NCBI RefSeq assembly: GCF_009914755.1
Contig: NC_060944.1
Strand: one strand, 5' to 3'
DNA: 64,000 nt
Source: the human T2T-CHM13v2.0 reference genome, Homo sapiens
This document shows positions 1 through 23,829 of the stretch, in pieces. The position numbers were made by a program, and so were the translations under genes. The number at the start of each line of letters is the position of its first letter. Within the stretch, counting starts at the first letter, position 1. Below the pieces are notes generated by a model, which saw only the letters and a list, made by a program, of their open reading frames with translations, had not been told where the DNA came from and did not search any database.

Positions 1-9
1 ATGAAGTGC

Positions 10-205
10 AGTGGTGATTAAGAGCTAGAGGGTTGATATGTAGTCTTGCCAAGGCAAAAAACTTCTGGTGCCTCAGTTTCCCCATTTATAAAATGGGGTG
101 ATAGTATTGGGTTCTCAAAACGTTATCACAGGGATAAAATGAGCTGAAGTACCTAGAGTGAGCACAATGTCTTGCACACAATGTCTAGGTGTTTAATACG
201 TGTAA
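10..205 (+). mobile_element. MIR (similar remnants near 1950, 7100, 14350, 30900, 44820, 55970, 61310)
   Basis: MIR core gcctcagtttccccatttataaaatggggtgatagta. Confidence 0.65.
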
Positions 206-369
206 AATGCATATCCTTATCTCTCGTCCTCCACGTCGTGGTGGGAGAGAAGTGGGGAGCGTGAGTGTTGGGGAGGCGAAGCCCTCGAGGACTCCCGTGA
301 GCTCTCAAAGAAAGTGCTCAAATGGCTACTTTCTAGTCGCCAGGTAGGTACAGGCTAGGGAGGGGAGGC

Positions 370-1210
370 GCCGGTGGCCGCCTAGTGGTGGCCTCAGTGG
401 CTCTCTCTCCCCCGCCCCTTCTCCTCTGCCCCCTTCACCCGCGTCCCCCCGTCCTGTCCCGCAGAGGCCCTGCTGGCACGGCCGGAGGTGCAGGGTGTGA
501 AGCTGCTGTTCCTAGTGGGCGGCTTCGCCGAGTCAGCGGTGCTGCAGCACGCGGTGCAGGCGGCGCTGGGCGCCCGCGGTCTGCGTGTCGTGGTCCCGCA
601 CGACGTGGGCCTCACCATCCTCAAAGGCGCGGTGCTGTTCGGCCAGGCGCCGGGCGTGGTGCGGGTCCGCCGCTCGCCGCTCACCTATGGCGTGGGCGTG
701 CTCAACCGCTTTGTGCCTGGGCGCCACCCGCCCGAAAAGCTGCTGGTTCGCGACGGCCGCCGCTGGTGCACCGACGTCTTCGAGCGCTTCGTGGCCGCCG
801 AGCAGTCGGTGGCCCTGGGCGAGGAGGTGCGGCGCAGCTACTGCCCGGCGCGTCCCGGCCAGCGGCGCGTACTCATCAACCTGTACTGCTGCGCGGCAGA
901 GGATGCGCGCTTCATCACCGACCCCGGCGTGCGCAAATGTGGCGCGCTCAGCCTCGAGCTTGAGCCCGCCGACTGCGGCCAGGACACCGCCGGCGCGCCT
1001 CCCGGCCGCCGCGAGATCCGCGCCGCCATGCAGTTTGGCGACACCGAAATTAAGGTCACCGCCGTCGACGTCAGCACCAATCGCTCCGTGCGCGCGTCCA
1101 TCGACTTTCTTTCCAACTGAGGGCGCGCCGGCGCGGTGCCAGCGCCGTCTGCCCGGCCCCGCCCTCTTTCGGTTCAGGGGCCTGCGGAGCGGGTTGGGGC
1201 GGGGGAAACG
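370..1210. other. CpG island over the HSPA12B terminal exon
   Basis: Very high GC and CpG density by inspection. Confidence 0.75.
465..1120 (+). CDS. HSPA12B: Heat shock 70 kDa protein 12B, final coding exon (partial gene; upstream exons lie outside the window)
   Basis: Pyrimidine tract and CAG acceptor at 462-464. Reads (E)[23 protein letters not shown]...[10 protein letters not shown]...RASIDFLSN, stop TGA 1118-1120. LVGGFAES and KGAVLFG are Hsp70/HSPA12-type motifs. Confidence 0.95.
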
Positions 1211-2039
1211 ATAGTTCTGCAGTCTGCGCCTTTCCACGCCCTCCAGCCCCGGGGGAGATAAGGTCATGGGAGAGTGGGTGGGGACACACCCAGAGACTGG
1301 CTTTGGGATTGGGCACTGGTCCGCTGACTGCCAGGCTGAAGGGACCCGCCAAGGACTGAACGGGTAAGAGAAGAGGTTTGCAAGACAGAGCGCGCAGCCC
1401 GGCAAGGGGCATGTGACCCCGAAGGAAGAACGCAACAGAAGAGTCCTGGTCTGAACTTGGCCGAGTAGGGGTGGGGGTGGGATGGCAGGAGGAGCCGCAG
1501 GAGGAAGGAGGTTGTGCAGGGTCTGGACCTGCAGGGCTGAAGTTCACTCATCGACCGACTCAGCCCCAACCGGGAGCCAGGCAGAAAAACCCTGTGCCGT
1601 AGGAAAGTGACTGGAAGTGGACTCCAGAGGGACAGGTGTGGTGGCACAGTCCTGGTGTGGTGCTGACCACCCAAATATGACTGTGAATTGTGGAAAGGGC
1701 AGTAGATCTCTAATGTGGAGGTGGGAACATTATTGTGGTGGAGGCAATTATGAGGGTAGCATTTCTTTCGAGACAAAACACCCGTCTGGGAAGGCCCCAA
1801 GGTCAGCTTATGAAGGACCCCACTTGCACCCCACCCCAGCCATGGAAGAGCAGCTGGAGGGTGGATGGGGAGGCCAGAGGGAGCAATGAGGGGTGGTCCC
1901 AGCTCTGCTATTGACTCGGTATGCCTTTAGGACATTCTCTTACCGCTCATGGGCCTCAGTTTCCTAAAGTGTGAAATGTCAGGCACTTCCCTCTAACTGG
2001 CATGCAACAGCCCCACCTGCCTGAGAGCCCTGAGGTGAC

Positions 2040-2045
2040 AATAAA
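2040..2045 (+). terminator. HSPA12B: HSPA12B polyadenylation signal AATAAA
   Basis: First AATAAA after the stop, about 920 nt downstream. Confidence 0.8.
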
Positions 2046-2479
2046 ACATTTATGCTCAAGGGGAAGCCACAGCCTGCTGATATGGCGTGGAGACCCTAAT
2101 AGTGGGAGGAATGCAAGGGTTCCCGGTGCTAGAGAGAGAAGGGAGAAAGCTTTCAGCTGTGCATAGGGAACTGACCAGAAGGGGGTGCTGCTGTCTCCCA
2201 TCAAGCATCCCAAACAACTCCACTGCTTAAGACCTCTCTGGCCTACACATGAGGTCCCTCTCTCCTCATTCAAATTAATTGTCTTGGAAGCCAGCTTCTG
2301 GCCTAAAATGCCACCACCTGTGCATACCTCTTGTGGGGCTAGGTGCTATAATACCACGCGGTGCCCCTGCCTCCTGAGTGAGTCTACCCAAGTCTTTCCC
2401 TGGCCCATCTGCAAAGGAGTAGGCATTACCCCAACCCCAGAGAACAAAAATCCACCTGGCCTCCGGTATCCACTGGAAG

Positions 2480-2485
2480 TTTATT
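2480..2485 (-). terminator. ADISSP: ADISSP/C20orf27 polyadenylation signal (AATAAA on minus strand)
   Basis: TTTATT at 2480-2485, about 530 nt past the stop codon. Confidence 0.8.
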
Positions 2486-3011
2486 TCTTTAGGGTTCTAT
2501 CCCAACCAGTCGCTTAAAAACCAAGTAACACAGACCTGAGGGGTGGGGGCTGGGGACTGCACCTCCCTCCTACTCATGGTGGACAGCAGTGGGGACTAGG
2601 GAGGGGCAGGAGAGGTGGCTGAAGCAAGGCAGCAGTAATGGGGCCACGACGCCACAGAGCCAGCTCCGTCCTCTCCCAGACCCTGGTGGGAGTCCCTGTG
2701 GCTTGGGGTGGGGAGTGGGGGACCCACCCCAGGCCCTCCCTCTCCCTTCCTCAGACAGCCTCCTTTCGGGCTCAACCCATTTCTTCCGGCAGGAGACTGA
2801 GGCACACAGAGAGGAGGAAGTGGGAGAGGAGGACGAGGGAGGGGCAGGGTGGCAGCACAAATGAAGGCAGAGGTGAGAGGCGTGGGCAAGGCCACTCCAC
2901 CCCCACACCCACCCCAGAGAGGGGCGAGGAAGCCACACCATCACGCAGCATGTCGGGGGGACAAGGCGGGGTTTAAGGCTGAGGGGCCCGGGGCAGGCGG
3001 GGCCTCGGGCC

Positions 3012-9038
<6,027 letters not shown>

Positions 9039-10267
9039 GGACGCCCTCCCTGCCACGCAGCTCCTGCCAGACACCGCCACTCACGCTCAGCAGCCTCCCA
9101 TGCTCCAGGGACACCAGCGGGAGCCTGAAGGATAGGGAGTGGGGAGGGCAGGGGTCAGGGCCACCCATGGACCCATGGCTCAGGGACACCAGAGGAGCTC
9201 CCTTTAGGAAGGACTCAAACCCCTACCGCTCTCAGCAGCCCAAGTGGTGCCTGTACTCTCTAGCACGGGGGCTTCTGCCCACCCTCTACCGACTGCCCAC
9301 ATTCACCAAGAGCCCTCACCCCTTCCTGATACCCCAGTGACTCAGGGTCCTGCCAGCATGTGCTGAGCTGCAGCTTCTAGGTGCCAAAGCAACAGCATAG
9401 GACTCCTATCCCCAGCACCCCCAGAGACTGGCAGGAGGGGCAGCCTGGAAAGGAGGACTTTATTGGTATTTTCCAGGGACCAGTTCTGGTGCTGCTGACC
9501 CCAAAGGCTGGGCCTGGAGCTACCTTATTCAGGTCACACAAGCAATGCAGCTGGGTGCGGTCAGAGGCAACAGGGTGCTCGATGGTGGGCAAGAACAGGG
9601 GACCACATAAAGTAAGCGTGCCCTTAGAGCTTTCCCTCCTGGTGATCGGTCAGGGCCATATGCAAAACAGATGCCTGTGGAGGGGGTGTGCCCCCACCTG
9701 AACCCCATTCAGACCCTGCCCTGAGTCTCAGGCCTGCCTCCGCCTCAGCTCCCCAACGGCAGCCTCAGCACAGGGGCAGTGAGAGGCACCCCAGGAAGCC
9801 TCCAATGGGCCGAGCTGGGACCATCTGAGCATCAAAAAGAATAATGAGTGCAACTGATGGAAACAGATGGAACACATAAAAGCAGTGCATTCACAGAGAT
9901 TATTAGAAAAGAAGAGAGAAAGCAAAACAAACAAACCCAAGCCCTCAAAAGCCCTCATTTGTCACCACTGACGGTAGCAGTGCCCTCTTTACTCTGAAAG
10001 CTGAGGATTAAAGAGGAAGAATTCAGCCTGTCTCTTGGCCTTTCTTGTAACCAAATTGCCCTGGTGGTTGATGGAAAGCTCTTCTTTCGGGAAGAATTCT
10101 TGCTAATAAATAACAAAGAAATGACCAAATGCTAAGTCATTCTGCAACCCCTAAAGGAACAAATGCTGGAGGCAACAAGAACCAGTGGATGCTAAACCAG
10201 AGGGGAAGGTTGACAGGAAGCAGATACTCACAGGCGCCCAAGCGTCACTGACAGAGGACCTGGTATG

Positions 10268-10622
<355 letters not shown>

Positions 10623-10943
10623 TGACTTCTCCCAGTCACACACTGGTCTATCTCTCTACTCTCTGCAGGACAGCCTGTCACACTGATGCCTCCTGAAGTA
10701 AGGCAGCCCAAAGTCACAGCATCACTGACAAGGGATTCCTGCCAAAAAGGTTTAACCTGGAATCTAAACCAGCCTCTAACTTCAACTTCTCATTTGCTAA
10801 AAACACAGAGGAGAGGGGAACAAATTTAATGACTCCATGAGAAAGCAATGAGACGAGCCCAGAAGGCAGGATATTCTACAGGATGACTGACCTGTTTTTT
10901 GTTTTTGTTTCTGTTTTCAAATGTCAAGAAGAAAAAGAAAGCA

Positions 10944-11256
<313 letters not shown>

Positions 11257-11262
11257 CTAGAT

Positions 11263-11768
11263 AGGAAAGCAGCAAACTACAGCTGATTACACAGCTGATG
11301 GTAAGGTTGCTGCCTGTTGTGTTTTTGTTTTTGTTTTTGAGACAGGGTCTCACTCTGTCCAGCCCAGGCTGGAGTCCAGCTCACTGCCACCGTAATCTCC
11401 CAGGCTCAAGCAATCCTCCCACCCCAGCCTGCCAAGTAGCTGAGACCACAGCCACGCACCACCATGCCCGGCTAATTTTTGTAGAGACAGAGTTGCCCAG
11501 GCTGGTCTCAAACTCCGGAGCTTAAGCGATCCACCCACCTCAGCCTCCCAAAGTGCTGGGATTACAGACGTGAGCCGCCAGGCCTGGCAAATAAATTTTT
11601 GCAAATAAAGTTTTACTAATAGAACACTACACTTCATTCACTTACATGTTGTCTGTTTTTGCACTAAAACAAAGTTACTTCCAAGTAGTTATGATAGAGA
11701 CCATATGGCCTGCAAAGTCTAAACCATTTATTATTTGGCCCTTCAGAGCAAAAGTTTGCCAACCCTTG
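11263..11768 (+). mobile_element. MER58A-like hAT-Charlie MITE split by an antisense Alu (about 11322-11588)
   Basis: gcaaactacag...aaataaagttttact...ggcctgcaaagtctaaa...aaaagtttgccaacccttg. 8-bp TSD TTCTAGAT at 11255-11262 and 11769-11776, matching the hAT NTCTAGAN target. Confidence 0.8.
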
Positions 11769-11892
11769 TTCTAGATCAACACACACTTAACAGACCAAAA
11801 AAGGATAATCTTCAGGACAACTGACCTGTTTTTTTCACCACATCAGCTGCAAGAAGAAAAATAAAGGAGAGGGTGTTTCGAACTACCTATCA

Positions 11893-12512
<620 letters not shown>

Positions 12513-15500
12513 AGACATTTGGGGGATCTGGAAAATGTAAATGGCCTGGATATGAGGTAACACTAAGAAATGAGTTGATCATGGAATTGTATTATGTAAA
12601 GAATTATGTCCTTATTTTGTCAGGGAAACATACTGAACAACTTAGAGATGAGTGACACTGGCTCATCAGTCCAGGGACAGAAGAGGAACTACAGGGTGGC
12701 CTCATAGTTTAGGGCTGGGCCTGTGGAGGGCATGATCTCAAGGTCCCTCTGGTGCCAAGCTGCTCTGGGAGCAGATGTGGCCTCACCTCGCTCCCCACTT
12801 CTCAATGTGGGCAAAGTCCACCCAGGCCCAAGCCCTGCCTCATGGGCAGGGTGTTCACAGTTTGGGTACCACCAGGAGCCCCCTTTGGCCAATGGACCAG
12901 GCCAGCAACCCCCTCTTGGAGGTGAGCTTCCAGGCCCCAGCCCAGGGTGCAGGAAGTGGAGCTACACCCATTCACCTCTGGCCAGGGCCACTGTGGGGTC
13001 AGTTGCCTCAGCCCTGGAAAGCTCAGCTTGTCCCCAGGGAACTTGGTCTTGGAGAGCAGCCTGCCGTAACCGCCCCCCGACTACAGCTGCCCCCAAAGCT
13101 GTGAACTCAGAGTATATGACAAATGGCCAAGCACAAGAGTGTGAGGCCCTCCTATCCTGCAGAGGCTGCTCCAGCCACACCTCTGCAGCCAGGAGGCAGT
13201 GACAGCCCAGTGTCCTCAAGGTCCCCCCATCTCCCAGGATGCTTCCTGAAGGCTCAGGTTAAACTGCACCAGTGGCTGGTGAGCAAAGGCTGCAGGCCCT
13301 TTTCACAAAACACTCTGAACTGGTCCATGCAGGGCACCCTCCCTGTCTTCCTCCCAACCTACTGCCTGACCGTCCCCCCGCCCTGCCTTTGCCCAGGTCA
13401 TCCCTTCAGCCAGGAACAATCCCGTCCCTCCCAGCCACACCTTCGACAGGGTCTCAGCCCCAACATTTCTTTTTTAAGGATGCACACCCTGCAAATCCCA
13501 GGACAGGACTACAGCTCTTTTTGGAATCCCCTTTCTCATGTCTGGGATCATTTGATATCCCTCTTCCTCACCTTACAAGGGTAGTGACTGTGTTTTTGTC
13601 AAACCCTGTGTCCCCGGCACTCAGCGCAGCACCAGACAGGGAGGAGCTGTGTTTGGTTTATGTTTGTTGAATGAATGACCACATCACATTTGCTTGGAGG
13701 GCCTGGCCAAGGCCCGTACTTCAGCCCTAAATGATATGGTCAGGGCCAGTGACTGCACTGGGGGCTCTGAGGAAGCAGAACTCCCCACCCCACTCTTTTG
13801 CCTCACCCCTGCCCTGGGGGGCACTTCCCTCTCCCTGGCCCCCACCAAGTGGCCTCCCACTGGGACTCCTCAGGCCTTGCTGCAGTCAGCTGGTTACCTG
13901 TCCATGCCTGCTTTGAGAGGGACATGCCCCATGCCCACTGAGGGTAGGACCCACATCTCATGCAGTGCCAGTACTCAGTAAAGGGCAAACACTGAGGGCC
14001 TGTAACCCTCTGGATAGTGACAACATAGAGGCAGGAAGCAAGGGACTTCAGGAACCCAAAGGAAACTGGGAAAACCAAACCTCCTTTCTCAATGGAGAAC
14101 CTGCTGGTCGCTGTCCTCGGGGAGCTAGACTCTTGTGCACACACAATTCCTCATCAGAAACAGGCAAAGAGGGCACTGGGCCTCCCCTGCTGCAGCTGTG
14201 TCCACAGAGAACAGCTAGGCCACCACACAACCCCAAGCCTGGCCCTGCCTCCAGCCTCCTCCTGTGCCAACCAAGGCCTCACCATGGCTCAATCCACATG
14301 GCCCCCAGAGGCAGCAGTCCTGGTTCAAATTCAGGATCTGCCCTTGCTAGCTGCATGGGTGAGTTCTTTCACTTCTCTGTCCCTGTTTCCTAATGTGTAA
14401 CACAGGAATAAGCAGTGGCCTCTTCCTTCCAGGGTTTGCTGCAACTGTGCCTGAAGCTCTGTGACAATGCACCCCCCATCTCTGCAAAAGCAAACCCCCA
14501 AAGGCCTGGTTTCTAAAGCAACAGCAGTTTCAGCAGCACCGTCAGAGAGGCACTTCAGGCCAATCCTGGAGGAGCCAGGAGTGACCCTTAGAGTGGGCCC
14601 CAGGGACGTCAGCCTTCTTGGAAAACAGCTCAAGGGGTGAGGGGGCCTCCCTCCTCCTGCCTCCCCCTTCTCCCACTCCCAAAGCAGCCAGGTCCCTAGG
14701 GAGGGTCAGAGAACAGATGCTGGGAGTTTCCAGTCCCCCTAACCAGAGGGGGTCACAAGGAAGATGTGCAGAATGAACATCCTGGGAAACTGGGAAATGA
14801 CTAGGGAGGAACATGGTGCCTCCCCCCCAGCAAAAAAAATTATACCCTTCCCCATGAGATGGAGTGTCAGCAAGCTTCCAGGCCCCAGCCCAGGGTGCAG
14901 GAAGAGGAGCTACACCCATTCACCTCTGGTCAGCATGCTCCCAACGTCTGAGACCTCATTTCTCATTCCTTCTTCAGTCCCCATTCTCATTGTGGTTCGA
15001 GGTCTTTCTCTCTGAGCCAGGAACTCCGCAACCTTCCACCCTCCCTACCTCTTCCTCTCCTACCCCAGCCTGGGGCTCAGTCCTGGCTCAAGCACTCAGT
15101 CCAGCAGAAGCACTGTGTAGCCTCCCATTAAAGCTCACGCCTGTGAAAAGAACACCCATTGAGGCCTTGAGATGGGGCCACACTGACCCGCTGACTCTCA
15201 GGACTGGACACAGCAGAGGCCACACATACTCAGAACAAAGCCTGGAAAGGCAAGGCTGGAGGTCAGTAGTTGTGGCAGCTTCACATCAACTCAGCTTTAA
15301 TGTGATTTAATTTCCTTCTCCCTCCAGTGGGCCAAAGGTGCAAAGATAAGTATGGCTGTTCTCTCTCCTTCTAACAGTGAGGTGCTGGGGGTGGGGGTGG
15401 GGGAATATGGAGAAGGGACCCTCACCACCCACACCTTCCTGCCTCCCCAACAAGTGCTGCCCTCCTCTGCCCAGCATTCTCCCCACTTTGCCCTCAGCTA

Positions 15501-16399
15501 GTGGGTGCTTAGCCTCCAGATAGCATGCCCCACCTAGGCCCTGCCCTGGGCCTGTGATCCAGAGGTCCCAAGAAGCAGAGGCCAGGCTGGATCCAGGGGG
15601 TCAGCCAAGGTGAGGGTGGGAGCACACAGGATTATCTCCCAGGGACAGGGCTGCTGCCTCGTAGCTCAGGATGGATAGAATGTGGGGGGATATCCAGCTA
15701 CATTTTCCCTCCACAAAAGACCAGAATGGGAGGGGGATGGGGTGCTGCCCCGACTTTCTTCAACTCCCCGGAGCAGAAAAATGCCCTACCTCCACTTTCC
15801 AGTGCCAAGATTCAAGAAGAAAGGCAAGCGGAGACTTCCCTTTCTCAGTCCCTGCTTACTAATGGAAACACGGGTCCAGAACCTAAATCCAGTCCCTCCT
15901 CCTTCATACCACCGGGAGGGAGGTGCAGCCCAAGCCCCCGAGGCCCCAAGGGTCCAGGTGTAGGACCCTTTATCCTCTCCGGCAGCCATCCCTGTGGGTG
16001 TGGCACCCCCGCCACACCCCATTCTTGTCATCTCAGGGGGAGGGGGGAAATGTAATCGGACATCCCCCCCATCCAATCCATCCTGAGCTGCGAGGCGGCG
16101 GCTCTGTCCCTCGGAGATAATCCTGTGCACTCCCCACCTTCACTCACCTCGGCTGACGCAGGAGTCTCCGGAGCCCGCACTCCCAGACATCACTGCCCTC
16201 CTTCCTGAGGGTGCTGAGGCTCGGAGGCTCAGAGATGCTACTGGTCCAAGGTCATGCAGCGAGGCAGCGGCAATGAACAGGGTCGTGGGGAGGAGGGGGC
16301 GCTGACCCCATTACGCCCCCGCCCTCACTACCGCACTCATGCCCCCGGACAATCGCTTCGCGGAAAACACCCCAGCTGCACCAGCTAACGGTCACTGCG

Positions 16400-17700
16400 C
16401 CCCGGGAACCTGACATCACTCTAGTTCAGGTGCTGGGGAGTCCTCCAGGCCCGGCCCCGACAGCGGAGCCCCCCACCCCAGCCCTGCCATCACGGCCGCT
16501 GGGGTCCCAGGCACTGACTGCTCAGGACAGGGCCGGGACCGGGAGGGGACCTCGGCGAACGGGAAGGAACCGGGAGGCAGGGAGCAGAGGGGTGGCCTCA
16601 CCTTGCGGGGTGCACCCCGGGGCCGGGGAGGGCAGGGACGACCACTGCAGCGGCGGCGGCTGCAGGAGCTCAACGCCGAGCACGAGGAAGGGAGCCCCGC
16701 GCCGCGGCCGCCCTCCCGTCGGCACGCCCCCGCCTCCGCCCATTGGTTGATCTGGGAGGGTGGGGCGAGGGACGCTCCGGACCAATGAGCGGGCTCCAAA
16801 GAACGGCCAACTGGCGAGGGCCGCCTACGTCACGTGCCAGGGTCGCCGAGGCAGCGCCCTGCTAGTCCGCGCCTGCCGGGCGAGCTCTCGCGAGGAAGAC
16901 GGGCAGGCGGCCCAACTAGGCCAGGGGCCAGAACCGACCACTCGAAGAGGGAGAAGGAGGGCCTCGGATAGGCCCCGCCCCCGCTCCTTCTTCCGCCTGG
17001 GGGATAGCGCCTCTAGCCTTGAACCTTGCTTAGGACGCACCTCCCTTGGGCCCTTCGCTCTCGGGAGGGCTGTCGGGCGCGTCTCGGGGCTGGGTGGAGC
17101 TCCCGAAGGTGGCCTTTCTCCCTGGGCTTCCACGCCGGCTTCGGCCATCGATACGGGCCGTGTTGGTCTCGTTCAGGAGCTGAGGAACCCTCCATCACTC
17201 CTGTTTCGACCCCAGGGTTTGGACCTCTTCCCCTTCCACCCCATCCCCTGTCTTGAAAGAAGCAACCCCCGTGCGGGCCCGAGACGCGTCCCGGGTGCCT
17301 GGCCGGGCCTGGAGAAGCATCAGAACAAAGAAGGCACGCGGGCTGGGGGCTGGGAGAGCCTGTGACGCGCCCCCGGGGACCGCAGCCTCTGCTCCCGGTC
17401 TCCATGGAGGCGGTCGCCATGGCAGCGAGATGCGCCTCGCTCAGCACCGCGGGGTGGGATGTGGGCGCCTGCAATGAGCCGAGGAGCGAGAGGCGTGGCC
17501 CTCCGGTCTGCGGGGGTTCTTGCCGGTGCTCTCCGCCCGCCGGTTCGCGAACACCCCACCTATACTTCGCCCGTGGGGACGGATTCCCCAAAGTGCCCTC
17601 AGTAAGCCGTCCGGAGCACGCAGCGCCTTGCTTCCAACGGAACTAGAGAGACGGCCTGGGCGGCCGAAGGCCAGCCTCCCTTCAGCAGGGCCGGGGTCGC
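16400..17700. promoter_or_regulatory. CpG-island promoter of ADISSP
   Basis: ATTGG 16742-16746, CCAAT 16782-16786, GC boxes, overlapping CRE-half/E-box TACGTCACGTG 16826-16836, TCTCGCGAGG 16886-16895, RFX X-box-like sites. Confidence 0.8.
16602..16740 (-). other. ADISSP: ADISSP non-coding first exon (5' boundary approximate)
   Basis: AAG|GTGAGG donor at 16602/16601 inside a CpG island, just downstream (minus strand) of CCAAT and GC boxes. Confidence 0.7.
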
Positions 17701-18400
17701 TGCCTTAAAGGAGCCCTCAAGTCTGCCACCCTGTGGCCCATAACCTGTCTGCTGATCTCCAGTCTGCACACTGTTGGCAAATTAATCTTTCTGAGCTCTT
17801 GTTTTCATCGCGTCCCTCTCCTGCTCCAAAGCCCTCTGGGACTGCCTCCAGTAGCGCTTCACAAACTTCAGCAGCACTTTGGGTGACTCATGTGCCCTCG
17901 CGTTTGAGAGACAGCGCTTACATTGAGAGCTTTTCACATTCTGATCTCAGCCCATCCACTCCTGCCCACTCTACCCACTCCCACCACACTACCTTTAGAC
18001 CTTGTCTTGAAAGTCTAAAGTTGGCAGACGGTGGGCCCAAAGTGGCCCGTAGGTGTATTTTGTTTAGCTCACATGGGGCTTTTTAAAAGAAGTCCTTCCC
18101 CCTCCTGCCTCCTCCGCCTCTTTCTGGAATCAGGAATCTGGTTTCGTGGCTTTTGAAATATCAGAAGATCTGACAACGTGGGCTCACTTTCCAGCCTGGC
18201 ATTACAAGCCCCTTTAAGAGCACATAAATTTACCATAGTCCCCGCTAATCCCTGTTTCTCACGGTTAGTTACCTTCTGGGTCTGTGCAGACATTTGTGAT
18301 CCCCTCCCCCTCATTATCCCACCTTCCAACCTGGAAGGCCCTCCCCGCTCTCTTCTCATAGCCAAAATTCAAGCCCTCTTCAACCAAGATAAGTTTTGCC

Positions 18401-18866
<466 letters not shown>

Positions 18867-19366
18867 TGATGAGTAAGTTATTGTGCTAGGCTCTGTGGAG
18901 TGGAAGGCACTCACAGTTTAGTGTAGGAGGGACACCACACACAAAGAACTGTGGTCTCCTGTCCTTGCCAAATGTTCCTCACACTCCCAGGCATCGGGCA
19001 GTCTGGCCCACTGGGAGGAGCTGAAATACAGAGCTGCCCATGCCTAGGGATACTACATGCTCTCAGGGAAGGCCAAAGATGGTTCTGGAAAGCCTCCAGG
19101 AGAAAATTAGACTCTTTGTGTCAGGAGGAAGTCAGGGCAGGAGTTACCTGGCTGCCCCATCACTGCCCAATGTGTCTGTGTTACCACACGAGTAGTGCCC
19201 AGGCTCTGGGGCTTCCTGTGCGGAGGGCCTTACCAAAGATAGATGGCTCTGCAAGGGAAACCACAGGCCCCTACCAGGCCCCCTGGAGACAGAGGCAGGA
19301 CAAGAAGAATCAGGAACAACTCCAGGTTAGGAGAACAGATGGAGCACGTATAAAACATCCACTCAC

Positions 19367-21445
<2,079 letters not shown>

Positions 21446-21461
21446 TGCTAAGGAAAGATTT

Positions 21462-23801
<2,340 letters not shown>

Positions 23802-23829
23802 TTAAAAATTAAATTAAAAATAAGGGAGT

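Noticed and set aside
385-1435. Alternative-frame and antisense ORFs over the HSPA12B exon (192, 300, 209 aa)
   Set aside because: GC3-rich codon bias suppresses stops in the other frames.
17626-17642. CENP-B-box-like TTCCGTTGGAAGCAAGG (minus strand)
   Set aside because: Fails the essential core nTTCGnnnnAnnCGGGn at both the TTCG and CGGG positions.
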